Below, piece by piece: positions 27,245 through 39,328 of a stretch of DNA of 64,000 nt (its first letter is position 1; every line of letters starts with the position of its first letter). The DNA lies in contig OZ024743.1 in NCBI GenBank assembly GCA_964016885.1, positions 202,430,001 through 202,494,000 of the forward strand, written 5' to 3'. A program made the translations under genes and the position numbers. The notes under the pieces are model-generated. The model had not been told where the DNA came from and made no database searches. It saw only the letters and a list, made by a program, of their open reading frames with translations. Origin of the DNA: Eledone cirrhosa. Its lineage: Eukaryota.

Positions 27245-28305
27245 GAGAATAAACGTGCTGCGTGATTGCAAATGGGTTACATACGAATAAAGTGGTCCTT
27301 CATCAGTGATATTCCAACCATCATTGGTATGTCTTCGCTTTAAAGACCATATACCTCCGGTTGGTGCGAGCAATGGTTAAAAAAAGTCGTTGTGACACGT
27401 AAATAAAGGCAACAGCGAGAGTGTAAACAAACAGAGATGTTGAAGCAACGAAAAATGAGGAGGAACGAGTCAAGTCCCAAATTTCCATGAATATAAGTTC
27501 GGTGAAATCGTGAACGAGAGAGAATAAAGACCATTGAACCTGGTTGGAATGTGAGCAAGGAAGGAATTCCGTAATGGTCTAACGGGAGGAAGAAGGAATC
27601 TTGTGTGTGAATTCGGTGTACATAAGTTCTGTGAAATCGTAGACGAGAAAGAGAAAAAAGAGAAAAAAGGCGAACCAGCCTGACCAAGCGTGCGAAAGAA
27701 AAGAATTATGCACAGGTCAAACGGGAAGAAGGAGGAGGAGGAGAAGTAGAACAGAGAGTGAGTGAAGGGTGAGGAAGAGGCTAACAGAGAGAGTGACTGT
27801 TAGAGAGGGTAAAGTTACAGAGAAAGAGGAAGCAGTAAGAACGAAAGAGACGCGTCACAGCGGGGGAAGAAATATGAGACTAAACGTGCTGCTTGGTTGC
27901 AAATGGGTTACAAACGAATAAAGTGGTCCTTCATCAGTGATCTTCCAACCATCATTGGTATTTCTTCGCTTTAAAGACCATATACCTCTGGTTGGTGCGA
28001 GCAACGGCTAAAAAAAGTTGTTGGGACACGGAATTCCTTCCTTGCTCACATTCCAACCAGGTTTGATGGTATATTCTCTCTCGTTCACGCTTTCACCGAA
28101 CTTATATTCATGGAAATTTGGGACTTGACTCGTTCTTCCTCACTTTTCGTTGATTCACTATCTTTGTTTACACTCTCGCTGTTCCCTTTATTTACGTGTC
28201 CCAACGACTTTTTTAGCCGTTGCTCGCACCCATCCGAGGTATATGGTCTTTAAAGCGAAGAAATACCAATGATGGTTGGAAGATCACTGATGAAGGACCA
28301 CTTTA

Positions 28306-28308
<3 letters not shown>
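27243..28308. mobile_element. Non-coding element with a ~630-bp monomer, a partial tandem repeat and an inverted short arm
   Basis: 27243-27400 repeats at 27873-28030. 28028-28308 is the reverse complement of 27281-27572. Flanked by (TA)n. Confidence 0.85.
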
Positions 28309-28359
<51 letters not shown>

Positions 28360-28375
28360 TATATATATATATATA

Positions 28376-28998
28376 TAACGAAGGAAATGTGGTAAGGAAC
28401 TAGATGGACCATAACGCACCAAAGTTCTTAATACTTAGGGTAGTAGAGTGGGTACTAGGAACAAGTATGACCCCTACGGCAGAGCTCAAGCCGTTTCGAC
28501 GGCTATTTCTGGACTAAATAAGAATTTTTAGCCTCGTAAATAAATAGCCGAACTTCTCAGTGGGTATTACCTTATATGGAAACATAGTAATTTTCAAGTG
28601 GATTGGTCAAAAATTTGTTGTAGAGACAGATCATGGCATTTGGTGGGCGGTAGCGGTGGCTGAACTTGCCGGTAGAACAAAGAGGGATTGGGGGAAACCC
28701 GGTGAAACGTTGAAATTGAAATCAATACAGATTTTATATCAATTTCAACGTTTCACCAGGTTTCCCCCACTGCCTCTTTGTTCTAACGGCACGTTCAGCC
28801 TCCTCTACTTCCCACCAAATGCCATGATCTGTCTTTACAACAAATGTTTGACCAATCCTCTTGACAATTACTATCTTCCCATATAAGGTAGTACCCCCTG
28901 AGAAGTTCGGCTATTTATTTACGAGGCTAAAAATTCTTATTTACTCCAGAAATAGCCGTCGAAACGCCGTGAGATATGCCGTCGGGGTCATACTTGTT

Positions 28999-28999
<1 letters not shown>
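28376..28999. mobile_element. Family A pseudo-LTR fold-back with ~260-bp arms
   Basis: Turn at ~28730 (CGTTGAAATTGA...TCAATTTCAACG). Both ends abut (TA)n. Confidence 0.85.
28893..28988 (+). ncRNA. Type I hammerhead motif of family A (core CTGAGAA; mirror copy at ~28470-28565)
   Basis: ACCCC-CTGAGAA-G..CGGCTATTT...AAATAGCCG.C-GAAAC...GCC-GTC-GGGGT; stem III ACGGC/GCCGT is intact in other copies. Confidence 0.7.
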
Positions 29000-29029
<30 letters not shown>

Positions 29030-29204
29030 AAACTCAATCCTACATCGCAAGTGTAAGTTGGATCTATATAGGTTCCAGCGACGAGGACTCCAGTTGTTCG
29101 AACAATGAATGAGCGTGGTCTGGAATCGAAATTTTAACGTAACGTTCGTGTCCCAAATATCAAACTAACTAAGAAACGTACCTTCACTTCGGTAGTATCG
29201 GTAG

Positions 29205-29382
29205 ATTGGCAGTATCGGTAGAGGGTCGGATGCCATGCTTTGCATCACAGTTACGTCCATTTACGGACTGAGTCAAATACCGGCCAGGCTAACTTTGCAT
29301 TTCATCCTTACGGATTAGATAAAATAAAGTACCAGTAATGCATTGGTTAATTGCTGGCCTTGTGCCAAAAGTAGAAACAATT
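29205..29382 (+). mobile_element. tRNA/Meta-like SINE copy
   Basis: Aligns with 47938-48128. Confidence 0.75.
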
Positions 29383-29651
29383 GTTATAAGACATACATAC
29401 GCAACGTGACGCAACTTCATGTTCCGTACACACTGAGAATAAGAGAATAAATATAATCTGCTGTGATTTCATTAAGGACCAGCATAGTCGGATTTATCTC
29501 AATTCACCTGAAACAAATTAGTAATTATAAAACATTGTACCAGATATACCCTCAATAAAATTGCATTCTCTAGCTATGTATTCATATCTCCTTCACCTAG
29601 TCTTTACCATTTATATTATATCACCGGGACCAGCATCAACATCATTCGCAT

Positions 29652-29684
<33 letters not shown>

Positions 29685-29703
29685 TATATTCATAGGTAAA
29701 TTG

Positions 29704-29833
<130 letters not shown>

Positions 29834-29902
29834 TGAGAGAGATATAATATATATGTATGTATTATCTCGCAATATATATTACATGTATATATATATATAT
29901 AT

Positions 29903-29951
<49 letters not shown>

Positions 29952-30131
29952 GAGATAATATCGAGTGAGATGGAAAGAATTATGATAAATGAGAAGACAG
30001 AAAGAGGCAGATATGTGAGTGGTTATATTTACGACTAGGTGTATAGATATATTCTGTGTCAGATTGGCAGGCAGGTTATTACAGTGAAACATGGTTGGAT
30101 AGATAATGACACACTGACCGACTCAGAAGCC

Positions 30132-30177
<46 letters not shown>

Positions 30178-30502
30178 CATATAGATTTATATATATACAT
30201 GGACGCATTAAATTATATATATATATATATCTATGTATATATATATATATATGTTTGTGTGTATATATGTGTGTGTGCGTGTGTTATATATATATATGTA
30301 TGTATGATTATATATATATATATATAATATACATTTATATATATATAAAGATATATAATGTATGTATACATATATATTTATACACATATTTATATGTAAT
30401 AGATAATATAGAGCATATACATGTAAATGTATATATAATTGGATATACATGTATATATATGTACATTTACATGTATGTATATGAACATGTACATATATAT
30501 GT

Positions 30503-30553
<51 letters not shown>

Positions 30554-30578
30554 TATATTACGCACCCACACAGACACA

Positions 30579-30688
<110 letters not shown>

Positions 30689-31764
30689 CGCCTGTGTGCG
30701 TGAGTATATATGTAGGCATGTATAGAAGAATTGTCAAATAAAGGATGATAAGTTATGATAAGGAAAGATTGATCGTTAAAATATAACAAAGGAAGTGAGA
30801 AACAGATTGGACGGTTTATGTACGTCTAGAGATAGACGCCATTTCACATAAATTTGGGTGGTTTATATTTATACATATGTTTAAACAAATTCGAAATAAC
30901 GGTATGTGTGTGTTTCTGTGGGCGGTTGAATGTATGCCCGATTATGTGTCCGTGTATCTATGGGTCTGTGAATGTGTGCTTGTGTGTGTGCTAGTGTTTG
31001 TGCTAGTGTGTCTGTGTACGTGTGTGTGTATGTGTGCGTGTGTGCTCGATTTTCTGGCAGAAACTGTGTGATGGAAACAAATATTGAAAGAAAAGTACGG
31101 ATATCGCCTTCCATATATACCACCACCCACACTACCACCAATATTACCACCTTTCCTATCACCGAAAATACCATCATCCTCACCACCATTCTCACGATAC
31201 CACTAACTCCAAAATCTTCGAAAGACGGAAGGTACATTAGCGGCAGCAAAACCATCAGCAATACCACTAACACCACCAACGCCACTACCAGTATCAGTAT
31301 CATCTACGCCATCACCAACACCATCACCACATCCACTACCGACATCACTACTCCCATCAGTATCATCTACACCATCATCAACACCGCTAATACCATACTA
31401 CCTCCAACAGTATCATCTACAACACAATCACCAACACCAGCAAAAGCATGACAACTACCATCACCACATCCATCACCAACACAACTGCCACCATCACTAA
31501 CTTCTACACCATCACCAATACCAGCAACAGCATCTAGAACACCATAAACAGTTAACTAAAATCAAAACAACAATAGCAACCACAATATCGTCAAGTACGA
31601 CTACGGTGACAAGAACCCCCAAAATCTTACGAGACAAGAACAAAAATGAAATGAAATAAAAGTCGAAGTTAGAAGATAGCAGCTGCTGTATAAATCATTT
31701 CGGTTTTTATAGAAAATCAATACAGATCAAATATCTCCCACATATTGTTCGAAACATCTAAAGC

Positions 31765-31834
<70 letters not shown>

Positions 31835-32044
31835 TTAATACAATAACAGAGATAGCTTAAAGCTAAACTCTGACTGGTAACCATCTCACTCAACAAACAT
31901 TAGGTTATATGTTAGTATAAACCCAATTTAAGTGTTTGGGGTGCTAACTATATGTATTATGTGGAAAGTGAGTTGTATTATTTTATGAGATATAATTAAA
32001 GTTAAAATATATATCTCTTTCCAAACAATTGTTTCATTATAAGT

Positions 32045-32143
32045 TTTCTACAAATTAGGAGAATGTTTCCAGTTTATGTAGAAGCCTAACATATATTCAT
32101 GTAAGAATATATTTAGGAGGGCGCTTATAAATCATCAGTGGAA
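32045..32143 (-). ncRNA. Decayed hammerhead-like motif in a fragment abutting (TA)n
   Basis: Minus strand TTCCA-CTGATGA-TTTAT...CCTAA.ATATATTC/GAATATAT.TTAGG...ATAAA..GAAACATT...TAGAA. Confidence 0.45.
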
Positions 32144-32329
32144 GCCCATTAAACTTTGATATAAGAAAAAATTCTTACCGCAGTTAAAAATCTTGTCTGC
32201 TAAGCTGCTCCCTCACGCATCGAATGACCGCCAAATTTGAAATTCCAGCAGTTTTTGACTGAGGAAGTATTATAGCGTCACGAAGCGGGAAGGGGAGACA
32301 ACCAATACACGAGAAAAGAAAAAAATAAT

Positions 32330-32770
32330 ATTCACGCGGGTTAATTAGTTTTTTTCAAAAAAAATTATCAATCCAACGTGTTAAGAACTCAATTGAAATT
32401 AAAAAAATAAATACATGCGTGTATTAATTCCCCACGCATATAGATATTTTCTTAGGCTAAAAACAGACGTCGTACCCGAATAACAAATCGCATTTCATAA
32501 CCGTAGTAAATACGGAAAGTTACGCTTTAAAGGGCAATCGGGAATGTAAATCTCTGCCCGAATTAAGAGTAAAATATTAAATATACGTGGGTTAATTAGT
32601 TATTTCAAAACTAGTATCAATTCCACGTGTTGAGAACTCAATTAATTTAAGAAAATAAAAGTATGCATGCAATTATTTACACAGGCATATATATATTTTC
32701 TTAGGCTAAAAACAGAGAAGTGACAACCAAAAAACCATCATATCGCACAACAGTAATAAATACGGAAAAT
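32330..32770. repeat. Diverged direct duplication, period ~250 bp
   Basis: GGGTTAATTAGTT...GAACTCAATT...ATATTTTCTTAGGCTAAAAACAGA...TAAATACGGAAA occurs twice. Confidence 0.75.
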
Positions 32771-33126
32771 AAATATATATATATATATATAGTTATAAAA
32801 ACACACACATTCACAAAGTCACGCACACACAAACACACGCACATACACATATATATGTGTATGTATGTGTGTAGACGAATTGACAAAGTCTTTAGATCAC
32901 CGGATAGAATGCATTGCTATATTTTGTTTCGGATCTCCATGTTCAAATCCCACTTGAGGCCAATTCTGCCTTTCATTTTTTCCATCTCCGTATAATAAGC
33001 ACAAACAGTACTGTAAACAATATTTCTTCTATATCATTTGTCATTTTCTTTCTGTTACTGTTTATACTTCTCTAGAAGAAATCTGTTGTGTTCAGACCCG
33101 GTAAATATTCAAATTGCCAAGGAACG

Positions 33127-33201
<75 letters not shown>

Positions 33202-33205
<4 letters not shown>

Positions 33206-33368
33206 GATAAATCTACCAAGAGTTTACGGTAGTGTCAAATCCGTATGAAGAACTCAATGTAGTCCGGATATCATGGAAAGAAGAGATGCAATGAAAAATC
33301 ACTTTCGGTGAAAGATAAACGGAATACAGAGTCAAGATAAAATATTAAAAAAATAATGAATAAAACAA
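33202..33368 (-). mobile_element. Short 3'-terminal copy of the family that forms the 7-kb inverted repeat
   Basis: Reverse complement of ~20515-20678, flanked by (TA)n. Confidence 0.85.
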
Positions 33369-33382
33369 TATATATATATATA

Positions 33383-33577
33383 TAGGAAAAAGTGTGACCC
33401 CGACGGCAGAGCTCAGCCCGTTTCGACGGCTCTTTCTGAACCCAGAAATAGCCGTCGAAACAGCTTGAGCTATGCCGTCGGGGTCACACTTTTTCCTATT
33501 TCCCACTCTACTACCCTAAGTATTGAGTACTTTGGTACGTTATGGTCCATCTGGTTCCTTACCACAATTCCTTCGTT
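33383..33577 (+). mobile_element. Family A pseudo-LTR hairpin copy
   Basis: Palindrome 33383-33498 plus a tail ending TTCCTTCGTT(AT)n. Confidence 0.85.
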
Positions 33578-34440
33578 ATATATATATATATTTTTTCTTT
33601 TGCGGATATTTATAAGGTCTGATCTTAATGTTGCGATACAGTCCGCTAATTATCAGCTACGCACATGTGTGCTCTAGCTTTTCGCCAAAAGGGAAAAGCT
33701 ACCCAATACACTAAACTGTAATGAGATTAGGATTCCACAGACATGTGTACTGTTAAAATAATTGCTGAAGAGAATTAGCGCTACCACAGCATTTGCCAAT
33801 TCTTGTACTTGGATTTAGATGTACAGCCGCTACGACGGGCTTACAATCGGTTTCTATCCACCAGACTTCACCCTCAATCATGGGTCTCTCCTTGGCTAAA
33901 TTAAATGACCCCCAAGATGTAACATAGTGGGATCAAAACAAACTGTGGTATGATACGATAATAGGAGAGTTGATTTACTTGCACCTTATATTTACTTACA
34001 CCGTATATATACGCCTGCAACAACGCTTATCTATGTGCGATTATTGAGTTTATTCGGATTTGTTCTGTTTATACATGCCGTTCGATTATTCACATATTAC
34101 ATTATTATATATGAAATATGTTCATCACACACATACATATATATATATATAGAGAGAGAGATATGTACATGTATATATATATTTATAGAGGCATATATGT
34201 ATCAATATATATACATGTATATACAAACATACATACATATATGTAAATATCATGTATATATATTCATACATATATAAATATATATATATATATATGGAAA
34301 TATAATCTTTTGTGAGTTTTTAGAATATTAATAATATTTGATTTCTTTGCAATTATGCAAACAACCTCGTTTTTTATAGCCATGTCAGTAGAATAAACCC
34401 CTCATTCTTGCTCTTGTGTTGACATGTAAATAGAACTGCA

Positions 34441-34479
34441 GACACTAATGTTTCTGGGTGATTACCCTTCATCAGTGCC
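34441..34479 (-). ncRNA. Minimal hammerhead-like motif
   Basis: Minus strand GGCA-CTGATGA-AGGGT(AATC)ACCC-A-GAAACATTAG-TGTC. Confidence 0.55.
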
Positions 34480-34536
34480 GTTTAGTGATCACTGGCATCT
34501 GTCAGAGCTAGTGAAAATATATCATATTTTCTGAAA

Positions 34537-34678
34537 TTTTCGGATCTAGATATCGAAACGGTCGGAGCTTAGCCGTCCGGGTCCTGACTCTTTTCCTATT
34601 GCCCCCTCTACTACTCTAAGTATCGAGTACTCTGGTGCGTTATTGTCCACCTGGTATCTTACCACACGTTCTTTGTTA
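34537..34678 (+). mobile_element. Diverged family A pseudo-LTR fragment
   Basis: GAAACGGT...GCCGTCCGGGTC...CTCTACTACTCTAAGTATCGAGTAC...CTTACCACA. Confidence 0.7.
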
Positions 34679-34891
34679 TATATTAATATATATATATATA
34701 TATACATATATATGTACACACTTCAATGAAATCAGAAGGGTCGACTCCAACATATTCCTTTAATGTTGCACAATTACACAATACATATGACTATGTCCGC
34801 CTTCCCTCGGCCCCCGTCGTATTGATCGTAACACAGACCGGGCCGCCTCTGTATCAATCCTTTGTTTATATTTTACTGTAAACCAGTAGGA

Positions 34892-34933
<42 letters not shown>

Positions 34934-34943
34934 TTGTGTGTGC

Positions 34944-34988
<45 letters not shown>

Positions 34989-35025
34989 TGTGTGTGTGTG
35001 TGTGTTTGAGTGTGTGTGTGTGTGT

Positions 35026-35096
<71 letters not shown>

Positions 35097-35839
35097 TGTG
35101 TGTGGAGGTGTATGTATGTATATGGATACCTGTCTCTTTGAGAGAGTGTGTTCAGAATAAAATATTTTTCGATTTCATCCTAGGCCTTACCACAAACACC
35201 AAGAAACGTTTAAAATATCCCTCATGCGTCTAATACGATGGATATTGTATGCTATCATTGAACCTGTTACAGATAGCCGCCACATTTAAACAAATCACAC
35301 GCATCCATGCCTCTTAGAATGATGGACATATTGATCAGCTATTAATTTATTCCTAAATATACTAACAGACAAGGCAGTCACTTAATTGGATCCGAATAAA
35401 AAACACTGTATAATAATGTACTGTATATTTATTAGATCGCTACCCTCCTGTTTGATATCTAGAATATCTCATGATCCTGTTTTACATAATGATGGTGGTT
35501 TACACTGTGTGAAGTAACAAACACACTAGGTATATGTTGTTAAACATTAGAAAGGGATTGTTAATCTCTAATAGCATTGCTACTACCAATTTGGTCAATA
35601 TAATGGTGATTTGTTGCTTGTGGTCGTAACGATCGTGGTGATAGTTGTGATAGAGTTAGTGGTTTTAAGGGTAGTGGAAAAGATCGATATAGTTTTTCGG
35701 AATATTGTAATGTCAGTGACGTTGTTATAGGTTTAATTCGAGTTAGAGTTAAGTTGTATTATATTGCTTTAGTGATGTATTGGTGCGGTTGTACTTGGTT
35801 GATGTTAGTGATTTATGGTTTTGTTTTGATCTTCATAAT

Positions 35840-36960
35840 ATAGTTTAGCGGCGTATAAATCTTCATTTTTGCGTATCTCTGTTCATGAGTAGGTCCTTGT
35901 TTAAGACAGTGTAGAGTGCGTTATGGGAAATATGAACACGATTCCATCTTGAACATATCAACAAGTAAGTACTCGTCTCTTCCACCAGTCTGTCAGAGAC
36001 GTTAACATATAAGTATTATATTTTTTAACTTACAGTGGCTTTAGTCCTAAAATATATAAAATAAATTATGAGCTGGCTCCTTGGAATATTCTCTGTGAAA
36101 TATATATAATCCTGGAGATAAACGTTCATTTACATTTGTGAGGACTGTGAACTAGATATTTGGGATCATATCAATAGCGGCAACTAGGGATGCAAATATT
36201 CCTTCCAGTCACTTATAGGCAAATGAGAGTGGATAGTAGAATCACATGCTTCTCTGTAATCAAGATGTATTGAGGCCATAGTTTGTGTGCAGTCTTTAAT
36301 TGCTGACATTTCAGGTTTATCAAACATTATTTGGCACATTTGTACGTTCTCTCATTTCTGCCTGCCGGCTCGTCACATATTATCATATTGGATAGGCATT
36401 GCTTGAATTACTTCAGACAGCTTATTTAAAATTTGTATATAATGTTAAGACAAGTAATAAGGATTTAGCTTTCTGCTAAGCCAGTGTTTTTTTCTTCTTG
36501 GCTACAAGATTTGTCCATATTATGGCAAGCCGATTTAGTAAGTCAAACTGACCTTAAATAATTTTGTTAAATATACATATGAATGAACTTCTACAGAACA
36601 TTAACATATACAAGTATCCAATTGATAAGTCTCTTCCTCGTACCTTCCCCTTATTCAGTATTTTCACAGATTTGCCGAAAATGTCGAACTTAAATATGTA
36701 AGTTTTACAGGTGATGTCGGTTTGATATTCGTTTTTGATTATATATAACCATAATGTATTTCGATTAAAATCCTTCTTTTCATTCGGGATTTTCGATTGA
36801 AATAATCTAAGATCTTCCGCCGAAGTCGCTCCTTTTACAAAGATATTGTTTTTCTTCAATCCCCTCCTTCCGTGTAGAGCTTGTGGACTAGAAGCAAACG
36901 GCAATTGAATCTGGCTCGCTGGGGTATTTTATTCTGATAAAGATATTTTTTTCCGGCGCC
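35840..36960 (-). pseudogene. Eroded RT of an R4/NeSL-like (RLE-type) LINE
   Basis: Ordered minus-strand remnants FKAP, ITCLNIIYK, IHLDYREACDS and RIFQGASS..ILGLKPL. Confidence 0.6.
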
Positions 36961-39328
36961 TTGAATTTGTCTTTGAAATTGTTTCCCTTTAATAGGTTTG
37001 GCATCATGTATCTCCACTCACTTTTGTCAATTTCTTCAGAACAAATGTTTGATGTGTTGCAAAATATTATTAACTTTACTTATGATGGCAGTTGAACGTC
37101 AGATTCTACAGTTCAGATGTTAATGTTTTCTCCTAGCTTTTGTTATTTACTGATTTGTTTATGTTAAATTATCTCATTACACCATACGCTGCGGGTGTCT
37201 CTTAGATATTCTTTAAGAATAACAAGATGCATACAAGTCGATATTTGGGTTCCCACTCATGTTTTTATATACACCCCACTAGTATTGTCAGTATATTTTA
37301 ACAAGAGAATGAGTGTTGTTTTCCTACTCACGTCAAAAATAGCGTTTATTTAATGATAGCTTGCAGAAATTGGAAAGTAAATTTTATTCAAACTGTGAAT
37401 GTGAAATCTTTTTAAGTAGTGTGTATTCTATAGGAGTAGTTTCCGATGGAGATATATGAGCGTTGAGTGATGGTAATGATGGCGAAGGTTTGTTTACATT
37501 TTTTCGGACTCTTCTAGGTTAGTCTTTAGCTGAATTTGAATGTCTGCAGAAAATCGGCCGGCATCAGCGGAGTTAGAATGGCATTTGTTATCTGTAACGG
37601 ATGTTTATCCGGCAAGAAAATATGTATTTTGTCTAAGATAATTAGCGCTGGGTAAGCTTTAGCACAGCCATTTGGTAGATGCTTCATATAGCTAATAAAA
37701 TAATTTCCACGTGCTTTTTATAAAGCTGAATCTTGATTGAAATAAAATGACCAAGAAAAGTGTGTAGAATACTTAGGGCATCTTAGAAAACTCACACGAG
37801 CATTGTTCTTGATGTTATCAATGTCAGCCATCATATTAATTATCATCCCCATTAGGGCCCCACCGTAATGCCATATATAAACACACTGGATAATGCATGC
37901 AGGGGTGCACTATGACGGAAATAAATATGGGGCGATTATTATTGTAAACATAGGTCTGCTCGATCAGGATCGATCTCAAGTTAAAGAACAACTATAGCAC
38001 TGCAGCAGATAATTAACAACAATAAAAGCAACAAGACCTACGATAAAATTTAAAAAAAATCTTATTATTGACATTCACGATTAATTATATATAGGAAACA
38101 ATAGAAAAATGAGCTTAAGTTGAAATACTTACGTTAGAGGGAGAAGAGATGTGAATGGATAACTTTTCTTTTTTTTTTTCCTTTCTCAAGAATATTTTCG
38201 ATTAAAATGATCGATTGAAGCGAAATATAATAAAATGATTTCAGGCAGAAATTTGCAACCGCTTCACGGAGTTTTTCTTGCTGTTTCCTCCGAGGTTAAA
38301 TCGAATTGAGCTTTCTACCTACCTGCGACCAAACCGTCATGTTTTCATGAATATAAAACAGTAGATATACCTAATAATAAATTACTTAAAACAGACTTTT
38401 GATTTTGTTTAAATATGGTAAACTGTGACTCGATTGAGATTTGACTGCTAATATTAGAAGGTTGAATAAGTACGCAAACATTCCCATCTCAGCTAGAATC
38501 GTTTTAATTAATGGTTTTTCACTTGGTTGACTTGATTAACGCATAGAAATATTTAGTAAGTTTCACAAAATCAATAATTATATAAATAATTCAGCTAACG
38601 GACTCATGAAATATATAAATGCATAAATAAATCAATGGATACATAAGATTATGTTCTTCATGCACAATGGCCATCCATTGGACAGATAATTAATACACCC
38701 AATAATCATTTGGTATAATTCCATTTTGTGAGTGTCAAAAATTTTAATGGATTCTTATTATTAAAAAAAAGTGAACAAATGTAAAATGAAGTATTTTTGT
38801 GCAATTTAAGGGAGAATACGTACACGCGTACATGCGTAGATAAGCATAAACACACAGATATAGAAACAAATACACACGTTCAAGCACACTAACAGATAAA
38901 AATAGTCAAAGAAAACCAGAAAACCATATATCAATTTTGCGATAATTTTCAATTATATAATGTTTAGTTCTCACTATAAACGCACCGAGTATGTAGAATG
39001 GTAGGCAAAATAAATAATAATTACAACAACAACAACAACAAAAACACAATAATAATAATAATGATTTCATTTATTGGCCACATGGGCCGACATATAGGGG
39101 ACAATACAAAAGACTGGGACAGTGGGGTTTTACAGAAAAATCGAGTAAACAATATGAATAACAATAACACAGTAACAATAAAGTAACAATAACATTACAG
39201 CAAGAAAAAATTCCCCAATAGGAGGGATGACCACCTAGGGTTCGCTCAGGTACCCCACCAGTCCTGAACGACCCGACGCTTCGAGAGCACTCTGGAAGGG
39301 CGCCCCTCTCCTCCTCAAATTTATCTAC

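Noticed and set aside
30881-31560. Thr-rich mucin-like ORF
   Set aside because: It is degenerate (ACC/ATC)n low-complexity sequence with no splice or domain evidence. Similar tracts occur at 8500-8830 and 22600-22920.
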